From the NCBI GenBank assembly GCA_902606505.1, contig CACLGU010000003.1:2292-66291 (forward strand): a stretch of 64,000 nt of DNA, written 5' to 3'. This stretch comes from an uncultured Prochlorococcus sp. Its GTDB lineage: Bacteria > Cyanobacteriota > Cyanobacteriia > PCC-6307 > Cyanobiaceae. Shown here piece by piece: positions 32,217 to 43,140 of the stretch. A program made the translations under genes and the position numbers. The notes beneath the pieces were generated by a model. That model did not search any database, was not told the origin of the DNA, and saw nothing but the letters and a program-made list of their open reading frames with translations. Every line of letters begins with the position of its first letter. Positions within the stretch are counted from its first letter, which is position 1.

Positions 32217-32845
32217 GATGCATAAACCTCTTGAATTTTATCTATCGCTGATTGTCCTATGACCAATTTATTAGCATTGAGAATATCAAATACATTTAAT
32301 TGATCGGCGGCAATTAATTTTACTTTTTCTATATTATTAATGGATTTTTTTATAACATCGGACGGACTATCAAGAATAACCAAAACTTTTTCATTTTTTT
32401 GTATACCTAATCGAGCAAGGCCATTGATGATATCACTTGTTTTAGGCTGCTTTAAAGTTGATCCAAAATCTTCTACGGCCTTCATATCAGATAATCTAGA
32501 CATGAGTGCAGTTCTAAGAGCTAACCTACGTTCCTTACGATTCATATCAAGATTGTAAGAACGTGGCTTCGGTCCAAAAATAATTCCTCCACCCGGTCTT
32601 AAGGGTGTCCTTATTGATCCTTGACGGGCTCTTCCTGTACCTTTCTGTTTATATGGCTTTCTACCGCCCCCACGCACTTCAGATCTTGTCAAAGTTGATG
32701 CTGTCCCTTGTCTTTTGTTTGCTAGCTGCCTAAGGACTGCTCTATGTATTAAGTCTGCCGAAGAAGTTTCCTTAGCAACTGCTAAATCAAGAGAAACTTT
32801 GCCGGATTTTTTACCATCCCACTTAAGAGTTTCAAGTGTTGTCAT
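32213..32845 (-). CDS. rplD: 50S ribosomal protein L4
   Basis: [16 protein letters not shown]. Confidence 0.98.
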   Translation of the reverse strand: MTTLETLKWDGKKSGKVSLDLAVAKETSSADLIHRAVLRQLANKRQGTASTLTRSEVRGGGRKPYKQKGTGRARQGSIRTPLRPGGGIIFGPKPRSYNLDMNRKERRLALRTALMSRLSDMKAVEDFGSTLKQPKTSDIINGLARLGIQKNEKVLVILDSPSDVIKKSINNIEKVKLIAADQLNVFDILNANKLVIGQSAIDKIQEVYAS

Positions 32846-33495
32846 GATTTTTCACCTCCTTTTTTGCCTACAACATTATTTGGCTTAATGTTTATTATTG
32901 AGCCTGGCTTACCTGGGACAGAACCCTTTACTACAAGTAAATTTTTCTGATCATCAATTTTTAGAACTAACAAACCTTTAGTAGTAATCTGTTTTCCTCC
33001 ATATCTTCCTGCCATTCTTTTTCCAGGATAAATTCTGCCTGGAGTTGTTCCTGCACCTGTAGATCCAGGTGCTCTATGATTTTTTGAACCATGACTCATA
33101 GGACCTCTGCTAAAACCATGTCTTTTCTGGTAACCAGCAAAACCTCTACCCATAGATTTGCCACTGATATCAACTTTTTGACCAACTTCAAAGTTTTTTA
33201 CAGTTATTTGATTTCCGATTTCATAAGATGATGTTTCTTCAACCCTATATTCTTTCAAATGCTTTAAAAGTTCTTCACCTGATTTCAACAAATGTCCCTT
33301 TTCAGGCTTACTTATATGCTTATCTTTGGACAAGCCATAACCTATCTGAACGGCAGTATAACCATCCAAAGCGGTTGTTTTCAATTGAGTGATACGGCAA
33401 GGGCCAGCCTCAATGAGAGTAACTGGCACCGAATTACCTTTCTCGTCGAAAAGTTGGGACATACCCAATTTCTTTCCTAAAATTCCTATAGACAT
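32842..33495 (-). CDS. rplC: 50S ribosomal protein L3
   Basis: GKKLGM, SHGS..HR.PGS. Confidence 0.98.
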   Translation of the reverse strand: MSIGILGKKLGMSQLFDEKGNSVPVTLIEAGPCRITQLKTTALDGYTAVQIGYGLSKDKHISKPEKGHLLKSGEELLKHLKEYRVEETSSYEIGNQITVKNFEVGQKVDISGKSMGRGFAGYQKRHGFSRGPMSHGSKNHRAPGSTGAGTTPGRIYPGKRMAGRYGGKQITTKGLLVLKIDDQKNLLVVKGSVPGKPGSIINIKPNNVVGKKGGEKS

Positions 33496-33775
33496 AAGAC
33501 TAAATTAGGCTAGCTCGTAATGATTTTTAAATTATCTAAAACCTTCAGTTATTAAGGTGAAGTTAATGAAAAAACAATTAGTAAGGTTGAGACTTATCTG
33601 AAAATCTAGATAGTTTCTCTGGGGACAAACCCACCTGTGTTTTTTAACGAAACGCTAAAAAATGTGAAATTTTACAGAGGCTCGGCTAGCTTGCAAGCTT
33701 AAAAATTCACTGAGTTACAATTGTACATCATCAAGTACCATAAAATAAAATAAAATAGAAATAAAGGAAATTTTT

Positions 33776-34252
33776 ATGCCATTACTTCTCACAGGGAAAA
33801 AGTTTCATAACGATTTAAAAACTAACAAATGTCTTGCAATCTTTGCTCCTCTTGAAGGTGGTTATGAAACTCGTCTTTTGAGGAGAATGAGGGCCAAGGG
33901 CTTTAAAACTTTTATAACCTCAGCAAGAGGGCTTGGAGATCCAGAAGTTTTCTTGCTCAAATTACATGGCGTTAGACCACCGCACCTTGGTCATCAAAGC
34001 GTAGGAAGAAATGGAGCACTCGGGGAAGTTCAACAAGTTATCCCACAAGCTTCTGAGTTATTTAATGAAAATGATAAAAATAAATTACTTTGGTTATTAG
34101 AAGGTCAAGTACTGTCTCAATCTGAATTAGAGAGCTTCATAGAGATTTGCACTAACGATAATAAACTAACGATAGTTGTTGAAATGGGGGGTTCAAGAAA
34201 ACTTGAATGGAAGCCGTTAAGTAATTATATTTTAGATGAATTTGAAAGTTAA
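33776..34252 (+). CDS. ndhN: NDH-1 subunit N
   Basis: [24 protein letters not shown]. Confidence 0.93.
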   Translation: MPLLLTGKKFHNDLKTNKCLAIFAPLEGGYETRLLRRMRAKGFKTFITSARGLGDPEVFLLKLHGVRPPHLGHQSVGRNGALGEVQQVIPQASELFNENDKNKLLWLLEGQVLSQSELESFIEICTNDNKLTIVVEMGGSRKLEWKPLSNYILDEFES

Positions 34253-34257
34253 ATTGT

Positions 34258-35265
34258 TTGATTACAACTAAGAATAAAAAAGATAAATGGATTAAATTAA
34301 TTTGTGGTGCCAGTAATGAAGATATTGTTGCCATAGAAGATTTATGTGCAATTTATACTGCTGCTGGTGTCGACTACATAGATGTTGCCGCAGAAGAATC
34401 TATAGTCCACGCAGCAAAAAAAGGAATCGAGTGGGCAAAAAAAGTCTTTAAAAACTCACCTGGATTAATGATAAGCATTAGTGATGGAAATGATATCCAC
34501 TTTCGTAAAGCAAAATTTGATCCATTGAAATGTCCCCCTAATTGTCCAAGACCGTGCGAAAAAGTATGCCCCACCTTTGCCATTGATAATTCTGGGATCA
34601 AAAAGAGTAAATGTTACGGATGTGGAAGATGTTTGAATAGCTGTCCACTAAATCTAATTAGTGAATATGAGTATCATTTGTCAAAAGATGATTTAGGATC
34701 AACACTTCAGAAAATAAAGCCTAATGCAGTAGAAATTCATACAGAAATCAATCGCCTAGATTCTTTTACAAAAGTTGTCACTATCCTTAAAAGTTCTGGA
34801 ATGAAATTAGACAAGATATCTATCAGTTGTGGATTAAATCAATCTTTCAAAAAATCACAAGATCCCGAAGATCTTTTGAAAGCTCTTTGGGAAAGATATG
34901 CAATTCTTCAAAAACTTGATATTCCCCTTATTTGGCAGCTAGATGGAAGGCCAATGTCTGGAGATCTTGCTCCTTCAACAAGTAGAGATGCTGTTAATTT
35001 GTTTGAAAAAATTGGTTCAGATCTTCCACCAGGATTAATTCAATTGGCAGGAGGAACAAATGAAAAAACTCATGAATTTTTGAATTCAAACAATCTTCCA
35101 GACGGAATAGCGTTTGGAAGCGCTGCAAGAAAAATTATGCAGCCCTTTATTGAATTTGCTCACAAAAATAACAAAAAACTCTATGATTATCCTGAAAGAA
35201 TGGCTTTAGCGATCAAAAAAGCTAAGAAATTTCTAGAGCCATGGAAATCAAGCTCATTCAAATAA
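34258..35265 (+). CDS. ldpA: LdpA Fe-S protein
   Basis: KLICGAS, HFRKA.F, CP..C..PC...CP, CYGCGRC...CP, DGRPMSGD, QLAGGTN. Confidence 0.9.
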   Translation: MITTKNKKDKWIKLICGASNEDIVAIEDLCAIYTAAGVDYIDVAAEESIVHAAKKGIEWAKKVFKNSPGLMISISDGNDIHFRKAKFDPLKCPPNCPRPCEKVCPTFAIDNSGIKKSKCYGCGRCLNSCPLNLISEYEYHLSKDDLGSTLQKIKPNAVEIHTEINRLDSFTKVVTILKSSGMKLDKISISCGLNQSFKKSQDPEDLLKALWERYAILQKLDIPLIWQLDGRPMSGDLAPSTSRDAVNLFEKIGSDLPPGLIQLAGGTNEKTHEFLNSNNLPDGIAFGSAARKIMQPFIEFAHKNNKKLYDYPERMALAIKKAKKFLEPWKSSSFK

Positions 35266-35356
35266 TATTATTTTTCAAAACCTGCGCAGAGTTTATAAAA
35301 ACTTTGTTTTTTTTTGATAGAAAAAAATCTTTTCATGTATTAAAATAAATATTCAA

Positions 35357-35428
35357 TGGGCCGTCGCCAAGTGGTAAGGCATCGGGTTTTGGTCTCGACA
35401 TTCCTAGGTTCGAATCCTAGCGGCCCAG
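35357..35428 (+). tRNA. tRNA-Gln(TTG)
   Basis: TGGGCCGTCGCCAAGTGGTAAGGCA TCGGG TT TTG GT CTCGA..GGTTCGAATCC..CGGCCCAG. Confidence 0.97.
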
Positions 35429-35441
35429 TTCTAATATCCAA

Positions 35442-36221
35442 TTGGTGTCTTCTCAAAAAATATTTCTATTTGATTTCGATGGTGTAATAGTCGATGGAAT
35501 GCAAGAATATTGGCATAGTTCCTTGCTGGCCTGTGAAAGATATTTAAATTCACCCTACATATTTGTTGATCAAAAACTTTATAAAAGAGTACCAAATTCT
35601 TTCAAAGAAATAAGGCCTTGGGTTAAATATGGCTGGGAAATGATTCTAATTGTTCACGAAATTATAAAAACAGAAAATCCATTAAAAAATCATAACAAAG
35701 ATGATTTTATTAATAATTATCATCAAAATTGCCAGAGGATATTAAATGAAAATTCCTGGATTGCCGATGATTTACAAAAAATATTAGATAAGTCTCGCAA
35801 TTACCAAATTGATAAAGATTTTAAATCTTGGGTAAATTTACATAATCCATTTTTTGAAATTATAAATTTCATGAAAGAATTAAGGAAAAGAGAAATAAAA
35901 ACAGGAATCATAACAACAAAAGGTAAAATCTTTGCAGAAAAAATTCTTAAACAATTAAATATTTTTCCAGAATATATTTTTGGTTATGAATCCGGAACAA
36001 AAATCAAAATAGCTGAAAAGCTTACAAAAACTTATGAAATTTTAGGCTTTATAGAAGATAGAAAAAAGACTTTAATAGATATTAAACAAAATTACGAAAC
36101 TTCTCATATTCCATGCTTCCTAGCCGATTGGGGATATTTAAAAGAATCAGATAGATACAATTTAAGTAATGAAATCAAATTATTAAAGTTAGACAAGCTT
36201 GAAGAATTAGTTGCAATTTAA
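35442..36221 (+). CDS. HAD-family hydrolase
   Basis: FDFDGV, TTK, FIEDR, LADWGY. Confidence 0.85.
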   Translation: MVSSQKIFLFDFDGVIVDGMQEYWHSSLLACERYLNSPYIFVDQKLYKRVPNSFKEIRPWVKYGWEMILIVHEIIKTENPLKNHNKDDFINNYHQNCQRILNENSWIADDLQKILDKSRNYQIDKDFKSWVNLHNPFFEIINFMKELRKREIKTGIITTKGKIFAEKILKQLNIFPEYIFGYESGTKIKIAEKLTKTYEILGFIEDRKKTLIDIKQNYETSHIPCFLADWGYLKESDRYNLSNEIKLLKLDKLEELVAI

Positions 36222-36235
36222 AGATGATCAGCTAA

Positions 36236-36249
36236 AGTACAAGTGTACT
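36236..36249 (+). promoter_or_regulatory. Cyanobacterial LexA (SOS) box upstream of recA
   Basis: AGTAC-AAGT-GTACT fits RGTAC-N4-GTWCB and overlaps a TACTAT/TATAGT -10-like element. Confidence 0.85.
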
Positions 36250-36333
36250 ATAGTTTTTATTTATAAAGTTTGGTTTAAATAAAAATTTCCAAATTTAGAA
36301 TAATTACAAGAACTTTAACCGATAAATCAAACA

Positions 36334-37431
36334 ATGAGCCTTGAAGAAAAGAAAAAAACTGAATCAAAAGAAAAAGACAAGGCATTAAGTCTTGTCTTAG
36401 GTCAAATAGAAAGAAATTTTGGACGAGGATCAATAATGAGACTTGGTGACGCCTCAAGAATGAAAGTTGAAACAATATCTACTGGAGCACTCACCTTAGA
36501 TTTAGCATTAGGAGGAGGTTATCCAAAAGGAAGAGTAGTAGAAGTTTACGGGCCAGAAAGTTCAGGAAAAACTACATTAACACTTCACGCGATTGCGGAA
36601 GTCCAAAAGAATGGAGGAGTAGCTGCATTTGTAGATGCTGAGCATGCACTCGATCCAGTTTATGCCGCCTCTCTAGGAGTTGATGTTGAAAATTTATTGG
36701 TTTCACAACCAGATACGGGTGAAATGGCTCTAGAAATAGTTGATCAACTTATAAGATCAAGTGCAGTAGATCTTGTTGTTGTTGACTCGGTCGCAGCACT
36801 AACCCCAAGAGCTGAGATAGAAGGAGAGATGGGAGATCACGTAATTGGAAGCCAAGCAAGGCTAATGAGTCAAGCAATGAGGAAAATAACAGGAAATATT
36901 GGTAAATCTGGATGTACGGTAATATTCCTGAATCAATTACGCCTAAAAATTGGAGTTACGTACGGCAATCCAGAAACAACTACAGGAGGTAATGCATTAA
37001 AATTTTACGCCTCAGTGAGACTTGATATCAGAAGAATTCAAACTCTTAAAAGAGGTACTGAAGAATATGGTATAAGAGCAAAAGTGAAAGTAGCAAAAAA
37101 CAAAGTTGCACCACCATTTAGAATTGCAGAGTTTGATATCCTCTTCGGAAAAGGTATTAGTACAACAGGATGTTTATTAGATTTAGCAGAAGAGACTAAT
37201 ATCATAATAAGGAGAGGTGCTTGGTATAGTTATGAAGGGGAAAATATTGGACAAGGAAGAGATAACACAATTATTTGGCTTGATCAAAACTTAGAAATTA
37301 GGAATAAATTAGAATCCATGGTTAAGGAGAAATTGACAGAAGGGACAGAAGTAAGTTCTAATTCAATGAAAGCACTAAATAGTAATCCTGCTAATACAAT
37401 CGCTGTTAATGATATAAAAACAGTAGCTTAG
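36334..37431 (+). CDS. recA: Recombinase A
   Basis: [25 protein letters not shown]. Confidence 0.99.
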   Translation: MSLEEKKKTESKEKDKALSLVLGQIERNFGRGSIMRLGDASRMKVETISTGALTLDLALGGGYPKGRVVEVYGPESSGKTTLTLHAIAEVQKNGGVAAFVDAEHALDPVYAASLGVDVENLLVSQPDTGEMALEIVDQLIRSSAVDLVVVDSVAALTPRAEIEGEMGDHVIGSQARLMSQAMRKITGNIGKSGCTVIFLNQLRLKIGVTYGNPETTTGGNALKFYASVRLDIRRIQTLKRGTEEYGIRAKVKVAKNKVAPPFRIAEFDILFGKGISTTGCLLDLAEETNIIIRRGAWYSYEGENIGQGRDNTIIWLDQNLEIRNKLESMVKEKLTEGTEVSSNSMKALNSNPANTIAVNDIKTVA

Positions 37432-37433
37432 AT

Positions 37434-37679
37434 TTATAAAGAATCAGCTAAAGTCCACCACCCAGCAGCAGGTCCTATAAATCTCACTACAATCCATAAG
37501 ATTACTAACCCTCCGATTCCAAACCAACTGGCCTTAATACTTAATTTAATTAGGTTATCTCTTTGATTGATTGTAAAGGGTAGCCATTCAAATAATCTTG
37601 GAGACTCATCAAATTTAGTTTTAGTATTAATTTTTTTTGGAGGTAAACCAAGTGTTTTGCGTCTTTTTGCTTCTCCCAT
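37434..37679 (-). CDS. DUF2839 family membrane protein
   Basis: MGEAKRR..LGLPP; RFIGPAAGWW. Confidence 0.85.
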   Translation of the reverse strand: MGEAKRRKTLGLPPKKINTKTKFDESPRLFEWLPFTINQRDNLIKLSIKASWFGIGGLVILWIVVRFIGPAAGWWTLADSL

Positions 37680-37708
37680 ATTTCTTTAGTTATTTACAAA
37701 ATCATAGC

Positions 37709-39157
37709 CTAATCAAAAGGTAACATATAGTTAATTTTTTTTGAGGGTTGAATGTTTTGCAAAAGTAATCTTCCCCAGTCTCTTTTATTTACTCTTCCAT
37801 CTAAAATTATTAACTTACCTGAATTTCTTCTTAAAGGAGAAACAGATCTTTCAAGTTTTATTCTGGCATGAGGAAGAAAGAAGTCTCTAAACCAATCCTG
37901 AGATAGCTTTTTTTTATAAGAAACTGTAATCGCATTAATAGGTTCTGACATATTTGGGATAGGAAGTAAAGGAATGATAATTTGATCTGGAATTTGAATT
38001 AAAAAAGAATTCATAATCCACCAGTCATAACTAGAGCAAAGAATTTCATTTTCACCAGAAGGAATTGTCTCTAGCAATACCCTCTTCCCGTACTTAGAAG
38101 CTAATTCTGTAGCAAGGTTTATTTTTAAATCAACATCGTCAGACAAAACTAAAGTTAAACCCTTTCTAAAAAGTATTAACTTTTTGCAAGTATCCAAGAT
38201 TGAATTGGTAAAAAGAGGATTATTAGGAAGCAACTGTTTAGAAGGTATATATAATTTAATCTTTTTCTCTTCAAAATTACTTTTAAAATTAATAACCAAG
38301 TCAATATCTAAACTGTGCTTTTTTAGATACATTTGGAAAAAATTATCTTTTCGCAATGCTGATAAAAAAACAAATTTATTATTCAATAAAAAATCCTTAA
38401 TTTGAGAAAGTTCATCTATTGGCTGCAAATACAAATTCCAATCTAAAGTTATATCATTTAATTTTACCCAGCATGCCCAGCCTTGAGATAATGCTTTATT
38501 AACGCTTAAAAATTTATCTGAAAAAAAAGAATTTTCATGAAAAAAGTTTGAAAAATAACTTATTTCATTTTCATCTAAATTGATATAACTATTTCCTAAG
38601 ACCTTTCTCAAGAAGAACTTTTTCTTCAACGAATCATATACTTTTATAAATTTTTTATTGATTAATTCAAATTCTTTAAAGTTTTTTGTCCAATCATTTT
38701 TAAGTAAAGAAATCCTAAAGTGATTTGTTAAATCCTCTTTTATATCCTCAATTCCAGAATAAACTATTCTATGATTTCTAAGATTTAGAAAATTGGGATC
38801 ATTAAGTAAATCTTGAATTGTTATCAAGCGAACATGATGATTTGGAAAAATAAATTGATCATTTTTTAAAATAAAATTAAAGCCTAGATTTTTCAATGAA
38901 TCAATCTGAAATTGGCTTATAAATTGAATTTTTTCTTTAGATAAAATAAAAGTTGAATCCTCTTCCTTTAAAAATAGAGAAATCAAAATTGGAGGTAACC
39001 AATCATAGCTAGAGAAAATTTCTGAATTAATTAAATATGTAGAATCATTTTCAACACATTTGGAAATTATCCTCCCAAAAGAATATATGTGTTTCCAACT
39101 TATACTTTGATCTCTCAAAAAAATTTTCAAATATTGATGACTTAAAATTTGAAGCAT
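37709..39157 (-). CDS. Degenerate DinG-like helicase-fold protein
   Basis: C-terminal LPIP...P, WFRDFFLP, PLR..SG...ILDGR; no Walker A or DEAH seen. Confidence 0.7.
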   Translation of the reverse strand: MLQILSHQYLKIFLRDQSISWKHIYSFGRIISKCVENDSTYLINSEIFSSYDWLPPILISLFLKEEDSTFILSKEKIQFISQFQIDSLKNLGFNFILKNDQFIFPNHHVRLITIQDLLNDPNFLNLRNHRIVYSGIEDIKEDLTNHFRISLLKNDWTKNFKEFELINKKFIKVYDSLKKKFFLRKVLGNSYINLDENEISYFSNFFHENSFFSDKFLSVNKALSQGWACWVKLNDITLDWNLYLQPIDELSQIKDFLLNNKFVFLSALRKDNFFQMYLKKHSLDIDLVINFKSNFEEKKIKLYIPSKQLLPNNPLFTNSILDTCKKLILFRKGLTLVLSDDVDLKINLATELASKYGKRVLLETIPSGENEILCSSYDWWIMNSFLIQIPDQIIIPLLPIPNMSEPINAITVSYKKKLSQDWFRDFFLPHARIKLERSVSPLRRNSGKLIILDGRVNKRDWGRLLLQNIQPSKKINYMLPFD

Positions 39158-39252
39158 TTATAATAAATTTAATTTCAAATACATACAAAATTTATGAACC
39201 TAATATACAAAAAATTGGTATCAATATAAAAGGTTCTTGAATTAATCAATCT

Positions 39253-40092
39253 ATGAAAATTGGAATAGTAGGATTAGGTTTAATTGGCGGTTCTTTAGGA
39301 TTAAAACTCCAAAGTCTAGACCATACAATTTATGGAATAGCAAATAATGAATTTAATGAAAAAAAAGCTAAAGATAAAAAACTTGCAAATTTTGTTAGCT
39401 GTGATCTGAGCTTATTAAAAAAATGTGAGCTAATAATTCTAGCATTACCTATCAAAGATTTGATCAGTCCTTCTCAACGATTAGTAGCATCAATACCACG
39501 AGAGTCAATACTAACTGATGTAGGTTCTGTTAAAGAACCAATTGTAAATACATGGGAAAATGTACATCCTCTATTTATTGGAACTCATCCAATGGCAGGA
39601 ACAGAAAAAAAAGGAGTTGATTCAGGTTTTGAAGGTCTTTTTAAAAATTCAAAATGGATTATTACCCCAACGATAAATAGTGACTTAAATGCAGTCAGAA
39701 CAATTTCCGAGCTAATAAAATCAATGGATTGTGAAATTTGCCAAACTTCGCCAAAAGAGCATGATGAAGCAGTATCTCTAATTTCTCATTTACCTGTATT
39801 TGTAGCTTCTGCCTTAATTCAAACTGTGCATACAAAAAATAATCAATCTTTATTAGATCTCACACAAAAACTGGCTGCTACAGGATTTGCTGATACTTCC
39901 AGAGTTGGCGGCGGCAATGAACAACTTGGCTTAGATTTAGCTATTAATAATCAGATTAATGTTTTAAATGCCATAAATAATTTTAAAAATAAGCTTAATA
40001 CACTGGAGTCTCTTATTAAAGAAAACAATTGGGAATTACTCTCTAGCAAACTTGCCGAAGCAAAAGAAATCAGAAAAAATTTTATAAACTAA
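39253..40092 (+). CDS. tyrA: Prephenate/arogenate dehydrogenase
   Basis: GLGLIGGS, DVGSVK, HPMAG, SHLP. Confidence 0.93.
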   Translation: MKIGIVGLGLIGGSLGLKLQSLDHTIYGIANNEFNEKKAKDKKLANFVSCDLSLLKKCELIILALPIKDLISPSQRLVASIPRESILTDVGSVKEPIVNTWENVHPLFIGTHPMAGTEKKGVDSGFEGLFKNSKWIITPTINSDLNAVRTISELIKSMDCEICQTSPKEHDEAVSLISHLPVFVASALIQTVHTKNNQSLLDLTQKLAATGFADTSRVGGGNEQLGLDLAINNQINVLNAINNFKNKLNTLESLIKENNWELLSSKLAEAKEIRKNFIN

Positions 40093-41587
40093 AATTTTCT
40101 ATACCTTTGGAAGCTAAAATTTGCCTTGAAACCATTAATGCAGACTGACTAACACCTGCAGTCCCCTCTCCAGGATAAATCGAATCTCCACATAGCCATA
40201 AACCTTCAAAAGGTGTCCTACTTGATAATCCAAATAGACCAAAAATATGAGGATTCTGGCCAAGCCCACCTACTATTCCATTAGGTCTATTTGTCCATTT
40301 TTCAAATCCCAATGGAGTTGCTAATTCCCTATGTAGCCAATTTTCAGGATCAATATCAAATTGACTTTCCAATTCAAGCGATAATTTTTTCATGAAATCA
40401 TTTTTCTTTTTTATATAAGTTTGTTTATCTAGATCAAACCAATTTTTAGTCTTGGTGAAAATACTCGCTATTAAAGTAACCTCACCATTTGGTGCTCTTC
40501 CATCACCATCATCACTAATAGATACAAATACCGAAGTAAATTCTTTGGACACAAATTGATAATGATTAGAGGAAGTATTTTTAATATGTTCTTTTTTTAA
40601 TGCTGAATAAAAAACTACAGCTCCACTTGGATCAGGCAAATTATTGAGTCGATTTTGATACTTCTTTTTTCTTTTTAAAGGATCTTTCAAATGCTTGAGC
40701 AAAGATTGTGGAGGCGCGGTATAAATCAAATCTTTTGCTTGGTAAATAAAAGAATTTTTTTTCGAATTAGCAGATACTTTCCAACACATATTTTCCTCAT
40801 CAAAATTTATAGAATTAACTTTTTGTCCAAAAATTAGATTAGCTTCAGTTTTACTCAATGAACTTTCTAATGCTTCACTTAAAGACTGCATAGATTTTTT
40901 AAGATGCCATAGACCATGTGGCTGTTGACACATTTGAAGAACAGTAGATCCATATAATGCGGCTGTATTATAAACGTCCTCTTGAGAATAAAGTTTTAAT
41001 TGAAGATTTAAGAATTTTATCAAGCGCTCATTATTGGATAATCCACATATTCGCAACAAATCAAAAATAGTTGATTTTAATAAGATACCTGTGACGAGAT
41101 TTGACGGTACTAGTGCTTTAAGAAGTTGTGAAAAATCCCAAAAATTACTTACTGGTAATACAGGATTATTGTTAGCAAATATCCAATTACTTTGATGAAT
41201 GAGAGCACAAAGCTTCCAAAATCTACCACTCCCTGGAAACTGCATTTCCTGTTCAGCAATCCATTTACTTTTTTCATACCAAATAGGTATGGGCTGACCA
41301 CCATCATTTAAATCAACTATGCAAGCAGGGTCTAAAATTGTGGCTTCAGGAGATGGAATATCTAAAAAATTAAAAATTCTCGAATGTATTCCTCCTTTCT
41401 CTAAACCCGCAACTTGAGTTGCACCAACATCAAAAATATAATTCTTTCTTTTAAAAGTACCTGCACATCCTCCTGATTGAGTATGAGATTCGATTAAATT
41501 AACCGATAAACCTTGTTTTGATAAAATTGCAGCAGAAGTTAGTCCTGCTATACCTGCGCCAACAACAATAACTTCGGAATTTCTCAT
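40082..41587 (-). CDS. crtD: CrtD-like carotenoid desaturase/FAD oxidoreductase
   Basis: GAGIAG, FDVGATQVAG, GDSIYPGEGTAGVS; ATG at 41587 preferred. Confidence 0.82.
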   Translation of the reverse strand: MRNSEVIVVGAGIAGLTSAAILSKQGLSVNLIESHTQSGGCAGTFKRKNYIFDVGATQVAGLEKGGIHSRIFNFLDIPSPEATILDPACIVDLNDGGQPIPIWYEKSKWIAEQEMQFPGSGRFWKLCALIHQSNWIFANNNPVLPVSNFWDFSQLLKALVPSNLVTGILLKSTIFDLLRICGLSNNERLIKFLNLQLKLYSQEDVYNTAALYGSTVLQMCQQPHGLWHLKKSMQSLSEALESSLSKTEANLIFGQKVNSINFDEENMCWKVSANSKKNSFIYQAKDLIYTAPPQSLLKHLKDPLKRKKKYQNRLNNLPDPSGAVVFYSALKKEHIKNTSSNHYQFVSKEFTSVFVSISDDGDGRAPNGEVTLIASIFTKTKNWFDLDKQTYIKKKNDFMKKLSLELESQFDIDPENWLHRELATPLGFEKWTNRPNGIVGGLGQNPHIFGLFGLSSRTPFEGLWLCGDSIYPGEGTAGVSQSALMVSRQILASKGIENFSL

Positions 41588-41592
41588 TAAAA

Positions 41593-42471
41593 ATGCAAAA
41601 ATTATCACCTATTGAAGTTAACGAAATTTGTGATGAATTAGGTGAAACCTATCCAAAAAGTATTGAACAAGTACATGGAGGTGACATTCATAGTTCCTGG
41701 CAAATAGAATTCTCAAACAGAAAGTTATTCCTTAAAAAAAACATTAGAAACAAAAAATTTCTTGAATTTGAAAAATATTGCCTTCAAAATTTGAGAAAAT
41801 TCATTAATCAAGAAAACCTAGTTATTCCTGAAGTTATTGCATATAAAAATATAAAGAATATAGAAATTCTCTTGATTGAATGGATAGATATGCATAACTT
41901 TGATCAAAAAAAGCTTGGAAAAGGTTTGGGTGAAATGCACCTAAAATCAGCTGAATCTAATCCCAAAATGTTTGGTTCTCCAGTTGAGGGTTTTATCGGA
42001 ACAACAGATCAGAAAAAAGGCTGGAAAGATAATTGGATAGATTGTTTTTTAAACTTAAGAATAATACCTCAATTATTAATTCTTGAATCGACGATTTTAG
42101 ATAAAGAAATTATAAATAAAGTTCAAGATAAAATTAAATCAGAATTGCTTAATCATAAACCGATAAATTCTCTAGTTCATGGTGATTTATGGTCAGGAAA
42201 TGTAGGAATGAAAAAAAATGGTAAGGGAGTTATCTTTGACCCTGCATCTTGGTGGGCAGATAATGAAGTAGATATAGCTATGACTAAGCTATTTGGAGGT
42301 TTTCGAAAAGAATTTTATGAAGAATATCATAGAATTTTTCCTATAAAAAAAGGATTTGAAAAAAGAATTATTATTTATAATTTTTACCACATATTGAATC
42401 ATGCCAATATGTTTGGAGGAGGGTATTTAAAACAAGTTAAAGATTACGTAAAAGCAATACTAAATATGTAA
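41593..42471 (+). CDS. Fructosamine kinase family protein
   Basis: GGDIH, HGDLWSGN, FDPA, LNHANMFG. Confidence 0.9.
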   Translation: MQKLSPIEVNEICDELGETYPKSIEQVHGGDIHSSWQIEFSNRKLFLKKNIRNKKFLEFEKYCLQNLRKFINQENLVIPEVIAYKNIKNIEILLIEWIDMHNFDQKKLGKGLGEMHLKSAESNPKMFGSPVEGFIGTTDQKKGWKDNWIDCFLNLRIIPQLLILESTILDKEIINKVQDKIKSELLNHKPINSLVHGDLWSGNVGMKKNGKGVIFDPASWWADNEVDIAMTKLFGGFRKEFYEEYHRIFPIKKGFEKRIIIYNFYHILNHANMFGGGYLKQVKDYVKAILNM

Positions 42472-42479
42472 GTCTTTAA

Positions 42480-42845
42480 CTAACCTAAATATGTCTTTTT
42501 AAGATTTTGTACCTTATCTAAAACAGCTTCACGATTTTCACTGGTACGAAGATTTTGCCAGCTCCACTGACCAACAACAATTACGCCTAGTAGTTCTAGT
42601 AAACCAGGGAGAATCGGGAAAAAGTTTATCGTGTCAATGACAACTTTAATTATTATCTGAGCAATTACGACAACAGCTATTATGCCTGCCGCCTTGCCAT
42701 ACTTACCCATTTGAGTCCAATCAACATTGCCAAGGGTTTCATTGACTTTTCCCATAACATCAGAGTACTTCTCTGAAAAGCTTTTGGTTTCTGAGCTTGT
42801 ATCGGAGCCGGAGTCTTGATTTGACTCTGGAGTGTTATCACTCAT
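42480..42845 (-). CDS. CAAD-domain (CurT-like) thylakoid protein
   Basis: IN.FP.LPGLLEL.G, R...L. Confidence 0.85.
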   Translation of the reverse strand: MSDNTPESNQDSGSDTSSETKSFSEKYSDVMGKVNETLGNVDWTQMGKYGKAAGIIAVVVIAQIIIKVVIDTINFFPILPGLLELLGVIVVGQWSWQNLRTSENREAVLDKVQNLKKTYLG

Positions 42846-43140
42846 GAATTCAGTAAACTTAATATATGAACCAGACAGTATCGGAAAAAACGTCTGTTGA
42901 CTACCTTTTTGTTGTGTAAAATTCCGAACCGAAACATTTTGTATTTTTTTAGAGACGTTGGTATAAAAAGTTTCTGAAGATATTTAAACTTAAAATTGAT
43001 TTATAAAAACTTCACATTATCGTCTAGTTCTAACAAAAACATTAAAAAATCATATTAATTAAGAAAAATTTAAAAGGCTAAAATTTTTATTTAAATTATT
43101 ATGTTTTTAAAGTTTAGCTTGCAAAAATTTAAGTATAGAT

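Noticed and set aside
19292-33480. Short plus-strand ORFs across the ribosomal cluster, and similar antisense or out-of-frame ORFs elsewhere in the track
   Set aside because: They overlap well-conserved genes and show no motifs; expected shadows.
42846-43140. Eroded JAB/M67 peptidase gene upstream of moeB
   Set aside because: AT-rich spacer with no recognisable motif in the frames I read.
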